Positions 54,668-55,055 of a DNA stretch of 55,055 nucleotides are shown here, one piece after another. Where the stretch lies: the IMG/VR virus record IMGVR_UViG_3300027857_000022, positions 1 through 55,055 of that record; one strand, written 5' to 3'. Within the stretch, counting starts at the first letter, position 1. Every line of letters starts with the position of its first letter. The DNA comes from a virus (lineage: Duplodnaviria > Caudoviricetes). Position numbers and translations under genes: made by a program. Below the pieces are notes generated by a model. It did no database searches, was not told the origin of the DNA, and was given only the letters and a program-made list of their open reading frames with translations.

Positions 54668-55055
54668 TCATGCTTCGCGCTTCTTTTGCCTTGCACGCCG
54701 CCTCCATTCTCTGGAATACTTCCTATGCGCCTCTCTCTGTTCATCTGTCATGTTATGATAGTGTGCCCTGCGTTGCGCATTTCGTCGTAGTCGTGCCTCT
54801 TTTGATAGTTTTTTCCCCTTATATGGGTGTCGCTCTCTATATCTTTCATTCCGTACTTTGACTTTATCTTTGTTTTCCATGCGCCATGCAGTATGATACT
54901 CATTTATGCAGAGTCTGCATATCTGGCCACGCTTAGCAAAAGGATTTTCACCGGATTCTGGCTCACCGCACTTAGAGCAGGTGCGACTGGTCGAGGTACA
55001 TGCGGGACAGAGCGCGGTATCCCACTCCTCTTCCTCCGACTCAATGCGACCGCAG
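54668..55055 (-). CDS. Junction-spanning Zn-finger/basic helical protein (starts at position 32, continues 55055->54668, 139 aa)
   Basis: RBS AAAGGAG then ATG at 32-30: MLEWIPLTCE-R-CGRIESEEEEWDTALCPAC...CSKC...CRLC...MENKDKVK, in frame with the listed 54668..54880 ORF. Confidence 0.8.
   Translation of the reverse strand, partial: CGRIESEEEEWDTALCPACTSTSRTCSKCGEPESGENPFAKRGQICRLCINEYHTAWRMENKDKVKVRNERYRERHPYKGKKLSKEARLRRNAQRRAHYHNMTDEQREAHRKYSREWRRRARQKKREA

Larger units (their letters stand above)
1..55055. mobile_element. Complete circular tailed-phage (siphovirus) genome, no integrase seen; candidate phage-plasmid
   Basis: Full head, tail, lysis and replication gene sets; an ORF reads in frame across the 1/55055 junction. 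Confidence 0.9.

Noticed and set aside
1-55055. Genome-wide stop-codon reassignment
   Set aside because: Conserved genes are intact in code 11 and TAA, TAG and TGA all end genes with tight coupling; only one internal TGA was seen.
54881-55055. Possible tRNA or ncRNA at the window end
   Set aside because: No cloverleaf or T-loop motif; the region is the coding part of the junction-spanning ORF.

Overview
The window looks like a complete, circular(ly permuted) 55,055-bp siphovirus genome: an ORF with a good RBS starts at position 32 (minus strand) and reads in frame across the end/start junction. The minus strand carries a late block (terminase, SPP1-like portal, Mu F-like head protein, scaffold, major capsid, head-tail joining, major tail, chaperones, tape measure, tail tip and fibres, amidase and holins; about 26-54.5 kb). 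It also carries a replication/recombination block (Bet, lambda-O-like initiator with internal iterons, DnaB, RusA; about 0.4-10.6 kb). I find no integrase, ParA, tRNA, CRISPR array or reverse transcriptase. The most unusual part is 10.6-25.6 kb. It holds (i) a four-gene operon resembling Streptomyces TraB/Spd DNA-transfer and spreading modules, with helically phased repeat arrays inside the genes, (ii) a truncated second initiator followed by its own different iteron set, (iii) two paralogous divergent-promoter switches, and (iv) promoter-delimited accessory cassettes. The late region also hides an unannotated 48-aa peptide that is 58% His, and a minimal VIT1/CCC1-like gene in the lysis cassette. 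Working hypothesis (inference): a non-integrating phage-plasmid that may also move as DNA through a filamentous host, possibly Ktedonobacteria-like. All family calls come from motif recognition by eye, not database searches.
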